The position numbers and the translations under genes are program-made. Below, piece after piece: positions 37,951 to 50,910 of a stretch of 64,000 bases of DNA; positions within the stretch are counted from its first letter, which is position 1, and each line of letters starts with the position of its first letter. This stretch comes from Narcine bancroftii (lineage: Eukaryota), in NCBI RefSeq assembly GCF_036971445.1, contig NW_027211801.1, positions 682,001-746,000 of the forward strand. Direction: 5' to 3'. The notes below the pieces were generated by a model. The model was not told the origin of the DNA and did no database searches. It saw nothing but the letters and a program-made list of their open reading frames with translations.

Positions 37951-40900
37951 TAAAAAAAAACTTTATTTATAATATATAAAATACAAAGATAAATAAAAAA
38001 ACATAATAATATATCATTAGTAAAATACCAAACAGTAAATTATTACTCTACCACTCCCCCTCACCCAACCACCCCACATCAAAAGAAAAAACTCCCCAAA
38101 CTACCTCTACTTCTTCATAACAACGGAGCCTCATTATGACATGTAATTAAAAAATGGTTAATGTATACACAGACCCATACATTTTAAATATGGTTCCCAC
38201 ATTTTATTAAAGAAAAATGATTATACAAACTATATGTTATATTTTTCTAAAGAAATACACATTTTCAATTCATTATGCCCTCTTTGAATACTTATTTCTG
38301 CTTCGTCCTTCCATGTTACCGCTGCACATTTTCTTGCCACAGCAAGAATGAATGCAATTTGATATTTATCTAATTTTAATCCCTCTTTTAAACCCTTCTT
38401 AAGTCTCAACAAAACATCTAAAGGATCATTTAATAAATGAATATTATACAAACAATTTTAAAGTTCTCTAACTTTCAGCCAAAAACAACACCTTTTTCAA
38501 GAACAAACTGAATGTAAAAAAGTCCCTTTTTGAGTTCCACAACGAAAACATAAATCTGAATCTCTAAAACCATATCTTTTTAACTTTTCTGTAGTCAATT
38601 ATAATTGATGTAATGTGGTGATTTCAGGAGCTGAAGGAAATCACTGCTGCTCTACCGAGGGTCGTTAACGGCTGTTTTTATCCAAATTCAGCGCAACCCC
38701 TTAAGGGCAGCAGGAGCTCAGTCACCTGGTGCATTGTGACATCTAATCAATGCCCAGCGCGTGCGCTGGAAAGAATGCTGGAATCAGAGAGAAAACTCAG
38801 CCACTGTTCCAGTACTCCCCCGACCACCGTGGCAGGAGAATCAACCGAGAGCGCTGTGTTTGCTTCCGAGCGTGGGTGCACCAACAAAGTCGCCTTTGTG
38901 AGGGCCTGATTCATTGCAGCGAATGCCTCGTCTGCCTCCTCCAACCAGGCCAGGGTCTTCTCTTTCGTTGCAATCTGCGCGAAAAGTGGGCACATGATTC
39001 GGGCGGGATTGGGGATTAATCTCTGGTAAAAATATACCATTCCCACAAATGAAGGTTTGGGAAATGATGGACGGCTGACATTTTCTCTGGTGCCAGAGAT
39101 GACATGGTGTGCCCCAGGAACTGCAATGTCTGTTACCCAAACTGGCATTTGGCCTTGTTGACCGTGAGACCAAATTCTGCCAGCCAGGTGAACGGTACGG
39201 AGATGGACCTTGTGATCTTAATGGCTGCAACTGGCTAGCAAGATGTCATCTAGGTAGATAAAGACAAAGTCCAAATCCCTACCCACTGCGTCCATGAGGC
39301 GCTGGAATGTCTGGGCCGCGTTTTTCAACCCGAACGGCATCCGGAGGAATTTGAACATGCCGAAAAGGGTAATAATAGCGATCTTTCCAACATCTTCGGG
39401 GTGGACCAGGATCTGGTGGTATCCATGCACCAGATCGACTTTTGAAAAGATCCACGTGCCATGGAGATTGGCCGCAAAGTCTTGGATACGGGGGAACGGG
39501 TACATGTATGAGTCATGGCATCATTTAGCCATCTGTAATCTCCACAGGGCCTCCAACCCCCTGATGACTTCAGGACCATGGGCAGTGGCGCTGTCCAAGC
39601 GCTGTCTGGCGGTTGAACAATGCCTAATTCCTGGAGCTTCTCCAATGACAGCCATCTAGCTCTGGATTGTAGCGGGGGGCCTTTTGTGGAGGTATGATGG
39701 AAAACTCCATGGCAGGGGGAAGAGACGTCTAAGCATGGCTCCAGGATTGCAGAGAAGTCACTGAGGGTCTTGGTGAACTCGTATGTGGTGGTGGCTACCG
39801 TGGTTATTTTGGGTCTGTCATTGTCCACCATGCCCACGTGCACTGAGCGAAAGATGCGGGCATTGAGCAGCCTCCTGCCCCTCACATCCACCAGCAGACC
39901 GTGAGCTCTTTGGAAGTCACCCCCTAACAGCATGGAGCCCACCAAGGTCAGGATGAACCTCCAAGTGAACTTTTCATCCTTGATCTGTATCTGTGCCCTA
40001 AAGATGCCATAGGTCTTGATTGCAGAACCATTGGCAGTCCGCAGGGTTGGACCAGGGGTCCGCATTCGAGGTCCAGCACTTGTAGGGGGGAGGGTACTCA
40101 GCTCGGCCCCTGTGTCCACCAGGAACAGGTGGCCCATGGACCATTCATTGATGTAAAGGAGGCTGTTCACGGAGCCAACCATGGCAGCCATCAATGGCGG
40201 TTTGCCTTGCTGTTCCCCTGGAAGCCATAAGCCTGGCTGGAAGTCACAGGGCTGACTGCACTTGCAGGCTTTTACTCCTGAGTGCTGGTGATAAAAGAAC
40301 CATGTTGACTGGGTTTCCTCTGGATTGTGCTTCGGGGTATCCTGTGGATGGCAGGGCACTGACTTGGAGACTTGGCTGAGGGCTGCCTCGTTCTCCTGTT
40401 TTGTGAACAAGTGGGCATTTTCCCAGGATGCAGCCTTGCAGGGGTTGGAAAAGTCCTCTTTGGACAGAGGGAGCCGGATATCTTTTGGCATCTGTTCAAG
40501 AAATACCTGGTGGAAGAGGAAACACGATTCATGATCTTTCGCCAGGGCCAACATTTCGTCCTTGAGGGCTGAGGGGCTGCGATGCCCCATCCCATCCAGG
40601 TGTGAGAGCCTGGAAGCTCGCTACTGGGGAATGAGGCCAAACCTCCCCAGGAGTAGATATTTGAGGGCGGTATACTTGGCCACTGCTGCTGACCAGTGAA
40701 TGATGTCATCCACCCTTGCCGCCATGTCCTGGTCCCGCCCGCTCATGTCGTGGTAAAATTTTGTGGCGTCGGCTGAGATGTTGCGGATGTGGAATTTTGC
40801 CTTCACCTCCCTGAACCAGGTCCATGGGCAATAGAGCCAGAAGGGGGGAAGATTGAGGGCTACAGCATTCACCTCTGCTGCGTCCATCATTCGCTGGGTC

Positions 40901-43900
40901 CAGATAGACATCTGGGCCCGTCGGGGTCACCAATGTGGTGATTGCAGGAGCTGAAGGAAATCACTGCTACCACAATGAGGATCGTTAACGACTGTTTTTA
41001 TTCACATTCAACACGCCCCTTTAAGGGCAGCATGAGCTCAGTAACCAGGTGCATTGTGATGTCATAGTCACTGCCCAGGGCACATGCTGGAAGGGAGGCT
41101 GTAGTCAGAGGTGTCACGTGGTCATACAAGCAGGGGCAGCTCGCCATGAGGATGTGTGCCAGCACAGTAAAAAATTATAATTAACTAAATGATATCTCAC
41201 ATTAATTAACCTAGTTACAGCATCTTCACTCATCTTTACCCAATCTTCCTGCGATATAGAAAGCTGTAATTCCCCCTCCCATTTATCTTTTATTTTAAAA
41301 ACACGAGGTTTATCCATCATTTCCTGCAGGAAATCATTCATATCGGATATAAAGCCCTTTTTGGGAGACTCCATCATTAACTTTTCCAACCTCGTCACAT
41401 TTGAAATTTTAATATCCTTTCCAAGATTCTCTTTTCGAAAAGCCTGCAATTGATAATAAGCAAATGTTGAATTCAATGATATTCCAAAATTTCTTGCAAA
41501 TGAACAAATGACAGAAAAACACCCTTCTCAAAACAATCTCCAACCTTTTGCATACCCTTCAAATCCCACTCTTTTAAATATCAACTTTCCATCAAAAATG
41601 AAATAATTCTATTTCTATAAATAGGAGTCTGAGCCAAAATTTTACCCTTAGATCAATCATGTAATCCTTTTCATACCAAATTTCAAATAAATGTTTTAGC
41701 ACAGGTATATTATATATCTTTTAAAAACCTGGTCTCCATTTCTATATAAAATAATTAACATTATTCTCAGAAATCTGACATAATTCAATATTAACCCATA
41801 CTGGAACTTGCTCAATATCTGACAGTCAGCTAATAAATTTCAACTGTGCTGCTTCAAAGTAATTCTGGAAATTTGGTAATTGCAGTCTTCCAGGTCAATT
41901 TTTGCAAAGAAACTCTAGATAATTTACATTTACACAAAAATAAATGAACTGCAGCATTCAATTCTTTGGAAAAAGTATTTGGCAGAGAACAAGGAATGGA
42001 TTGAAAAAGATACTGTATACGAAGACATATATTCATTTTAATACAATTCACCTGTCCGATGAAAATTAAAGGTAAATCTTTCCACTTCTTCAAATCTGCC
42101 TTAATTTTTAAAAATAAAGGTATATTATTAAATTGATATAATTGTCGATACTCCACATTTAGAAACATTTCCAAATACTTCATTTTATCAGACCAACGAA
42201 AATGAGTAATCTGTTTACAATCTGAAAAATCTTCATTCAAAACTGGTAATAACTCACTCTTGTTCCAGTTAACTTTATATCTGTATATTTTTCCATATTG
42301 ATCAAAGCAATCCTGCAAGTTGATCTTGACAACTTAAATGATGATGAAATTAATCCATTTGTCACTAGTCTAGCTGGAGAATTTTTATATAAAGCTTTTA
42401 CCCAACCAATAAAAAGTGGACCAAACTTAAAATGTTCCAACACGTCAAATAAAAGAATGCCATTCAACTCTGTCAAAAGCCTTTCAGCATCCAAAGCCAC
42501 ATTTAGAGGTAAATATTGTTAATTTTTAGCTGCATTAATTAAAGTAATTAATTTAACAGTATTATCAGCTGAATACTAATTTTTGATAAAACCAGCTTGA
42601 TCTACATGAATCAATTTTCGCCAATATTTTGCAATCCAATTTGCAAATACTTTAGCCACAATTTTATAATCTACATTTAGCAATGAAATTGGTCTATATG
42701 ACGCTACTTTAAAAGGCTCTCTGTCTTTTTTTTATAATCGTGATCAAAGATCGAGAAAAAGACTCAGGGAGAGAAGATGTTTCAGAAGCTTGAGACAAAA
42801 GCTGTCAAAATATTGGAAGCAATAAATCATAAAATTCTTTGTAGAATTCTAATGTAAATCTGTCTCCTCCAGGTGATTTTCCATTAGGCATAGTCTGTAA
42901 TACATCTTTATTTCTAAATCAGTAAATGGAGAGTCTAATTCCTGAACATCTAAATCACCCAAAAATGGGAGATCTAACCCAGCCAAAACTGATTATACTC
43001 AATCAGAATCATGCTCAATCTTTGACATATATAAATTCTGATAAAAAGAACAAAATTCATCATTAATTTCCTGTGCTTTATAAGTAACCCCTAAATCTCT
43101 CCTTACTGCATTTATCATCCTAGAAAATTGTTCTGTTTTCAATTGCCAGGATAATACTTTATGAGCTCTCTCTCCCAACTCATAATACCTCTGCGTAGAT
43201 CCTTGTATTAATTTCTCATAATGATATGCCTCTAAAGTATTATAACGCATCTCCAAATTAGATAATCGTATCTTTTTATCTTCTGTCGCTTTTCTCTGCA
43301 TATCTTTCTCCAATTCCTTTATCTCCGCTTCAAGTTTATGACTATCAGCCATATATTGCTGTATAACTAATAATTTGACCTCTTAAATAAGCTTTCAAAG
43401 CATCCCAAAATGTAAATTTACTTTCTACTGATTTCTCATTCATTTGTAAAAACTATTTAATATGATCTCTAATAAAAGTAATAAATTCAGGTTTTTTCAA
43501 CAATGCTACATTAAATCTCCATCTATATCAAATTGGTACCATATCAACACTGGTACACGACATTAATACAAGTGAATGATCTGATAACATTTGACTTTTA
43601 TAATCTGCACTAATTATTCTCCCACATAATTGAGCCGATATTAAAACGAAGTCAATTCTAGAAAGACTCATGTCTTGCCAAATAAAATGAAAAATCTTTT
43701 TTTGTCAGATTTAATTTTCTCCAAATCTTTACCAAATTCGGGTATTTCATAACCTCTACCAAATGTGGCGCCATCTTGGATTTTTTAACAGATTTTTGAG
43801 ACTTATCCAACAATGCTTTCAACAAAAATTAAAATCTCTTCCCAACAATATATTGTCATTCGCTTGGCTCAATCCCATAAAGGTCTCAGTTTATTAAACT

Positions 43901-44350
43901 GTTTTTCATCTCCATTCGGAGCATGAACATTTAACAAAGTCCATGCTTCAGAGAAAAATTTTACAATTAACCATCAAAACTCTACCTTTCTTCTCCGAAA
44001 CTAATTCCACTGTATAAAGTAATATTTTATGAATTAAAATTGCTACCCCACAGGCTTTAGTTTTAAAAGAAAATGCAATAATTTGTCCAACACAATCCCT
44101 TTTTAATTTCAAATATTCTTTTTCACTCAAATGAGTCTCTTGCAAAAAAGTTATATCCACTTTCATTTCTTAATATAAGCCAAAGCTAATTTACTTTTTA
44201 TCGGATTATTCAAACCTTTAACATTAAAAGTTTTAAAATTCAAGTTAGACATATTAATGACACCAATTCTGACACATCCAAAATTCAATATGCAAATAAA
44301 GGCTCCTGACCCCTCGTAAATATATGAAAGTCTGAAAAAAGCTAAAAATT
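37951..44350 (-). mobile_element. L1-clade LINE covering essentially all of ORF2, degenerate
   Basis: ORF2 start at 44252 MSNLNFKTFNVKGLNNP; DITFLQETHL; SYRPISLLNVD; LDAE; 18-bp TSD CTGCC(C/T)GGACTCAGCCCT at 37933-37950 and 44351-44368. Confidence 0.9.
38614..41166 (-). mobile_element. Gypsy LTR retrotransposon (CsRn1-like clade) nested in the L1; integrase deleted
   Basis: 5' LTR 40934-41166; 3' LTR remnant 38614-38790; PBS TGGTGACCCCGAC (tRNA-Trp); 4-bp TSD GTAA; LNLPPFW, FYH...CKC..PC, FLVDTGA, YLDD. Confidence 0.93.
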
Positions 44351-44899
44351 CTGCCTGGACTCAGCCCTGACCTTCACCCAATTGGCCCAGGTGAATCACC
44401 TCGACTAACCCCTGCTGAGTCCCTGCACTTGGCTTTGAGCCATTGGCCACAGCAGCCAATGGGGTCCAGCCTGTCCCGAGTGATTGCACCCCCACACTCA
44501 ATACTGCCTGCAGAACTATAAAGGGCCATGTACCCCTTTGTTCTGCCTCTTTGGACTCCTTGTAGCATGTAGGTAGTACCTTTCGCACTGGGCTAGGGTG
44601 AGTCCCGAGGTTAGGTAGCAAGAGCCATTTCTGAACCAGTCAAGGGGTGGTGGCACGTAGCATCACCTGGACCGTGACTGTTAAATCTATGTACCTAAGT
44701 AATTTTCCCAGTTTCTGTCAGTTTCTCCCTCGTTATCAGAAGTGAACATTTACCCTTGTGTATTGCATATGTGTGTATAGGTTTGTTTGGTATTTTCACC
44801 CTGTTGCCCTGATTGCATCCCCAAAAGAACCATATGCTTTGTACCTCAACTTTGGTCTGGTTCTTTACCTGTGCAACACACATGAACCCTTCCAACAAT

Positions 44900-45640
44900 G
44901 TCCTAGCTCATCAAGAACCTATTAATCCCTGCCTTAGATAGACGCAAGGGCCTTCCCTCCACACCCACCTGTGGAAACAAATTCCACAGATATATCACCC
45001 TCTGGCTGAAGAAAAATTCCTCCGCATTTCTGTTCTAATACGTTGTCCTTCGATCCTGAAGTTGTGTCATCTTGTCCAAAATTCTCACATTGTGGGAAAC
45101 AACTTTTCTACAGCTACTCTGTCCACACTTTCAATGTTTGAAATGTTTCCATAAAATCAACTTCATTTTCCTGAACTCTAATGAATGCAGGCCAAGTTCA
45201 ACAAAAACTCCTCATGTGATAACCCTTTCATTCCTGGAATCATCCTTGTGAACCTCCTCTGGACCCTCTCTAATGTCAGCACATCCTTTCTTCAATGAGG
45301 AGCCCACAACCGCCCACAATACTCCGTGACATCTCACCAATGCCTTATAAAGCCTCAAAGTCACATCCCTGCTCTTGTATTCCATTCCTCTTGAAGTGAC
45401 TGCCAGCATAGCATTTGCGTTCGTCACCACCGTCTCAACCTAGAAGTTTACCTTCAGACTATCCTGCAGGAGAATTTCCAGGACAATTTGAATCTGAGTA
45501 TTTTCAATTTTCTCTCCATTTAAAAAATACAGTCTGCTCATTTGGAATACAGATGCATAATTCCCTGAAAGTGTCGTCACAGGTAGATAGGGTTGTAAAG
45601 AGAGGTTTTTGGCAAATTGGCCTTCATCAATCAAAGTATT
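44900..45640. mobile_element. CR1 fragments (minus 44900-45540, plus 45540-45640)
   Basis: ANAMLA..SRGMEYKSRDV.LRLYKALVR on minus; GIQMHNSLKVSSQVDRVVK on plus. Confidence 0.8.
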
Positions 45641-48010
45641 TACCATTATTCAATAAAATTAAAGAGGATTTGAATAAATGGAATGATTTACCTATAACTT
45701 TCATAGGTTGAGTGAATTGCATCAAGATTAATATTTTACCTAAAATCAATACTTCTTTCAATCCATTCCTTTCAATATACCTCAAAAATTTTAAGGATCT
45801 AAATTTAATAATTAGGACATTTTTGTGGAAAGGAAAATGGTAAGAGAATCCTTAGAGAAATTAACTTGGGAATTTGAACTAGGAGGTTTACAGCTTCCAC
45901 ATTTTCAAAATAATTAAAAAGCTGCTCATTTGAAATTTATTAATGGATTGAGATAAATCTTTAACATTGGCCAACATAGAATTCACTCAATATAGAATTA
46001 GAAATAAGGACCCACCTACACTGAAACATTTAAGTTAATTATGGAATCAACTAGATTATGAGATAGGTGGGAAAGGTAAGATTTCATGTAAAATACCTTG
46101 ATATCAAAATAAACTTTTTCCTTTTACTTGTCATACTCAATTTTTAAAGACATGGAATCAAATGGGAATTAAAATGATAGAAGATTGTTTTGTAGCTGGT
46201 TATTTTATTTGTTTTAAACAAAAGAAACAAAAATATAATGTTGCAAAGTATACCTTTTTTAACATCAAGTAAAAGCTCTTTTAATTGATAAATTAGGTCA
46301 AAGTCTCAAATTAACTAGACAGTCTGAGTTAGAAATTTTACTTATTAAAGGGGATATTTAAAAATTTATTTCAGAAATGTATAAATTACTGCAAAGGACA
46401 ATGTCCAAATCAGATATTCATAAATCAAGATTAAGGTGGGAAACTCATTGAGGTAGAACAATAGATCAAGATGATTGGAGAATGTTATGTAAAGAAAATA
46501 GGACTAAAATTATCAATGTTAGATTTACAATATAACTTTTTACATCAATCATATTTAATACCTCAAATATTGAAAAGATTTAATTGAAGTTCTTAAGAAT
46601 TATGTTTTAGATGTCAGAAAGAGATGGGTTCTAATGTTCACTTGACTTGGCCATGTATTAAGGTTACGTCATTTTGGATACAAATTAAACCATTTTCAGA
46701 GAAAGTGTTAAAAGTTGAACTTCTGTTAGACACAGTTATTTTTATTAGGAAATATTAGAATGGTTAGTTTAAAATTAAGATTAAACATTTATCAAATTGA
46801 ATTTTTATGACAGGTTTTAGCTGTTTCAAGGAAATGTGTTGCTATTTGCTGGAAGTCTGATTGATGTCTTTTGACCAATTAATGATTAAATATGGTCTAT
46901 ATGATTATTCATTTTTATTTTTATTTTCAGTTGTGGGTTTATATGAGAAAGAAATTAGGATGGGATTTGATTTTAAAAGATCTTTCAAATTTGGAACAAA
47001 TAATGGATGATGGAATTATTAAAAAGTTTATTCAATTACATATATGTTATATATGAAATATATATATTATAAAGTAGGTTTGTTTAATTCAAAAGAAGAA
47101 GGGAACGGGATTTGGACATGATCATAGATCAACAAGTCTGGCAGAATTTGTGTGAAGAGGTTATTGCAAATATTATTAATGTACGATATTGATAACTTCA
47201 TTATAATTTTTAAAATCAATTGTATATTACTCCTCAGAATGTGACTAGGTGGAGATTGGATTTATCGGATCCATGTTTTAGATGTGGAAGAGAAATTGGA
47301 ACTGTTCTGCACTCTACGAGGTCTTGATCAAAGGTTAAACCATTTTTGGTTCCTATCAGTCAATTTTTACAACGGACAACAGGAGTAAATTTTCCTTTTA
47401 ATCCTGAATGACTTTTGTTGGGAAATTTTGAAAGTGTTACTCCAAAATTGTTAGAGTCAGATTGTCAACAAAAGCTTGTTAAGTTAATTTTAGTAAAAGC
47501 AAGGAAATGTGTCACTGTAACACGGAAATCTGATGTTTCATAAACATTAGAGAGATGGTTCGCAGAGATTCAAAGCTGTTTTCCATTAGAAAAAATACGG
47601 ATAATTTAAGGGATAAATATTTTTTTATTTTTGCAAATTTGAGTCCGGATGCTAAAATAATGAAATTGAAATTAAGATTTTGTTAATTTCTTTCATGATC
47701 AATGAAGTTTTCCCTAAAAAAAACAACTTTATAATGTTTTTGACGTCTTTGAGTGACAACTGACAGAAACCGAATGAATGATTTGTAATTGTTTTATAAT
47801 GATATATCCTTTATTTTAGTTTTGGGGTTGGATTAGTTTGGGGGCAGGTTTTTTTGCAGTTTGTAGTTTTATAGTTTTAAGATTTTAGTATTTTAGTTTT
47901 TATCAATAGAGTTTCAGCATCTATTTGTTAATGTTTTATTTTATACTAATGCTATAACATTCATAATTTTGGATGTTATACATGTTGAATAAATAAAATA
48001 TTCCAAAAAA
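45641..48010 (+). mobile_element. Two L1-clade ORF2 3' fragments in tandem
   Basis: PLFNKIKEDLNKWNDLP, GGLQLP.F, YNFLHQ.Y and CFRC motifs; T-rich 3' UTR ending AATAAATAAAA. Confidence 0.8.
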
Positions 48011-48014
48011 GACA

Positions 48015-48225
48015 GAGAGGGCCCCGATGGAATATCAGGTGTTGTTCCTCCCATTTACAGGTGGTCTTACTTGGGCAGAGCATGAGACCACGGAGAGACA
48101 TGTTGGTGTGGGAGAGGGGCGTGGAATTGAAATGGGTGGCCACTGGGAGATCCCTGCCACTGGTGCAGATGGAACGATGGTGCTCAACGAACCGATTTCC
48201 CAGTTGATGCCTAGTCCCTTCGAAA
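48015..48225 (-). mobile_element. Penelope-like element, GIY-YIG endonuclease C-terminal fragment
   Basis: T.HQLGNRFVEH.RSI....DLPVATHFNS..SHT.MS..GL...EEQHLIF..G.L. Confidence 0.8.
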
Positions 48226-48699
48226 TGGAGGTGGGAAAGTGCGGAGGTCGTAGCAGCGCTGGGCCTACAGGGAGATTGCAATCGCTAGGTCTCTGTGGTG
48301 TACCCTGAGAATTCTCCGGAGGTTGGCTCCCAAGCACCACCACTCACTGCCCACACCTTGAATCTACGGCGAGGTGTTGAACAATGACAGAGCATCGTAA
48401 ATTTGAATCTTCTCCAATTTATTGAGAGGTGCTTTGCACAGGATCTGATGGCACCAAGTTCGCTGTCTACAGGGTCACCTCTCCACATTCTATGCACAAC
48501 AGGAGTTGAAAGGTGGGGCTGTAAGGACAATTCTACAGAGAATACCATGTCACAAACGCAGGAAAATCTGACTTTGGAGATGATCAAGCATTGGGTTGGT
48601 CCCCAGCAGCGAACATTTCTGCAGGATTACACCACACAAGGCAGACACAGACCCCAGAGAGGGCAGAGAAACATGGGCAGAGAATGAGGAACAAAACAT

Positions 48700-48828
48700 G
48701 AAAGTCTGCAGACACTCTGGTGGGAGTAAATACACAACACTGAAGAAACTCAGCAAGTCGAATAGTATCCTTTATAGAGCAAAGGTAACGATACATAATC
48801 AACATTTCGGGCTTGAGCCCTTCATTGA
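48700..48828 (-). mobile_element. Penelope-like terminal repeat fragment with a degenerate hammerhead-like core
   Basis: Minus strand (CA)ATGAA-GGGC-TCAA-GCCC-GAAA followed by ...CTTGCTGAGTTTCTTCAG, as I recall for PLE termini. Confidence 0.55.
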
Positions 48829-48888
48829 GCTTTGAAATTCAAGACACAATGTGAGAATGCGTGTGTTCTGCTGACTGATATGGTCTCA

Positions 48889-49216
48889 CTACGTCCGGAA
48901 GAACGACGAGATGGACGCGCAGAGGCGAGTTCAGCGAGCTGTGGCTCACGATGCAGGTATGGCTGGATCCTTTGTTCCAGACAGTGGCGTAGACATGCAG
49001 GTAACTGCTCTGTTTGTATGACTGGTCGGTGTCCGGGGATGCAACACCTGTCATCACCCCGCTCTCTGTCTCGACCCCATCCACACTCCACTGCAGCGAC
49101 GTGAAGCCTGGCTTAAAGCCACTCACCAGGCAAGACAGGGTGGCCGAGACTGAGTCAGTCTCATCCAGGGAGGGAGGCAAGGAGCAGATGAAATGAGCGT
49201 TTCCGAGATTTGCGAC
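48889..49216 (-). pseudogene. IGLC: Immunoglobulin lambda (type II) light-chain constant exon, frameshifted
   Basis: Acceptor ctctcccacacag; LLL-PPSLDE...ATLSCLVSGFKPG...WSVDG.ETESGV.TG...DQSY..SSYL....WNKGSSHTC.VSHSSL.SPL; frameshifts near both ends. Confidence 0.9.
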
Positions 49217-49310
49217 CTGTGTGGGAGAGCAGAAGGGAGGTATCATTAGGTGATGAGGTCCCAGCCCTGACACCAACTCTGAATAAAAGATTCCAGTGAC
49301 ATTAACGTAT

Positions 49311-50910
49311 GGCATGATGGCCTTCAGAAATTGAAGTATTGAGTACAGGAGTTGGGATGTTATGGTAAATTAGTGTAAATTAGTGAGGACAAATCTGGAG
49401 TTTTATGTGGAGTTTTGCTCATGAACTACAGGATTGAAAGAATGGCGAGATGATTTACTAGGATGTTGACTGGACCTCAGGAATGGAGTTACAGGGAATG
49501 GTTAAACAGGTTGGACTTTATTCCCTTGAGCGTAGGAGAATAGGGGAGATTTGATTGAGGTTTTTAAAATTATGAGAGGTCCAGACAGAGAAAATGTAGG
49601 TCAGCTTTTTCAACTGAGGATAAGCAACACAAACCAGAGGACATGGGTTAAGGGTGCAAGGGGATAGGTTTAGGGGCAACATGAGAGGGAACTCCTTCAC
49701 AAGGTGAATGGTGGGCGTGTGGAACAAGCTGTCAGCTGAACTGGTGACTACGTGCTCAATTTTAACATTGAAGAAGAATTTGGATAGCAACATGGATTGG
49801 TTGGGTACGGAGGGCTATGGACTGAGTGCAGGTCAATGGGCCTAGGCAGAATAATAGCTCAGCACACACTAGAAGGGCAAAAAGACTTTTGATATGCTTT
49901 AATGTTCTGTGGTCTAATGTTCTGAGAGGCATAGATAAGATGGACAGCCAGCGCCTTTTTTTCCCAGGGCAGGAATAGCAAACACCAGAGGACATCTGTG
50001 CAAAGTGAAGGGAGAAAAGTTGAGGGGAGACATCAGCGGTAATTATTTTTACACTGAGAGCTGTGGGTTTCTGGAATGCATTCCCAGGGGTGGGGGTAGA
50101 GGTTGGAACATAAGGGGTATTTCAGATACTCATAGACAGGCACATGGATAAAAGAAAAATTGAGGATTATGAAGATGTGAGGGTTTCGTTTTTTGAAGGT
50201 TGGTATATATTGGTCAGCAACACAATGAGGGTCGACGGGACTGTTCTGTGCTGTAGTGTTCGATAAAGGAGAGAGCAAGTCTCTTTTCTATGGTGAGGGG
50301 TGGTGTCTAAAACTAAATAACCCAGGTTCAAGATGAGAGGCCAGAGGTTTAATTGGGTTCAGAGTTGTTAATATTTCCACACACAGTGTGGTTGGTATCT
50401 GGAATAACCTACCAGTGGAGATAATGGAGGCAGGATCAGGGACAACACTCAAGAGGCATCTAGAAAGGTACTAGAAAGCCAGAGTGATGTACAGCAGAGG
50501 GGTCACGGAGTGCACCGAGTTTGAACCTTGGAAGTAGCACCACAGGTAAATAGGGTGTTAAATAAGGCCATCGACACATTGGCCTTCAGTGGTCAGACTG
50601 TTGTCCCAGAGTTGAGGGGGGTTATGTAACTATTGTGTAAGATATTGGGGAGGCCCTATTTGATGTATTGGGTTCAGTACTGGGCACTGTGCGAGGGAAA
50701 AGTTGTTGTCAAGCTGTAGAGGGGGCAGAGATTGCCTTTGATGTTTTGGTAGAAAAAAAATAAAATCTAGATCCATAGAACTTAACAGAACAGAAACTGG
50801 CCCTTCAGCCCTTCTAGTCTGTGCCAAATGAGAATTTTCCCTAGACCCACTATCCTGCACCCAGACCATAGCCCTCCATATCCCTCCCATCCATGTACCT
50901 GTCTAAATTT
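49311..50910. mobile_element. Cluster of CR1 3' fragments (mostly plus; last one minus)
   Basis: Repeated GDLIEVFKIM, TRGH and VG.WN.L motifs and CR1 3' UTR ends. Confidence 0.8.

Larger units (their letters stand above)
33924..44897 (+). mobile_element. Class III (ERV-L/S-like pol) endogenous retrovirus with gamma-type env; internally deleted; 3' LTR split by an L1
   Basis: 5' LTR stub 33924-34005; protease LVSTGARCTIIP; RT RQFHVPGGL..I.ETVQALL.EGVI; RNase H VHQVDAH; integrase HHKSGH, C..C, KIDYIGPF, VQSDQ; env 36568-37745; PPT; 3' LTR 37776-37950 plus 44369-44897. Confidence 0.85.

Noticed and set aside
44893-44902. TSD for the class III ERV (ATGGT versus ATGTC)
   Set aside because: Only 3/5 match and the flanks belong to different elements; not supportable.
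48839-49315. 158-aa ORF as an intact C-region protein
   Set aside because: Its N-terminus reads through intron sequence and its C-terminus is out of frame; the real exon has frameshifts at both ends.
50382-50409. RSS-like CACAGTG + 12 nt + GGAATAACC near the C exon
   Set aside because: Lies in a CR1 motif region (F.QRVV..WN.LP), the nonamer matches only 6/9, and no V or J segment is adjacent.
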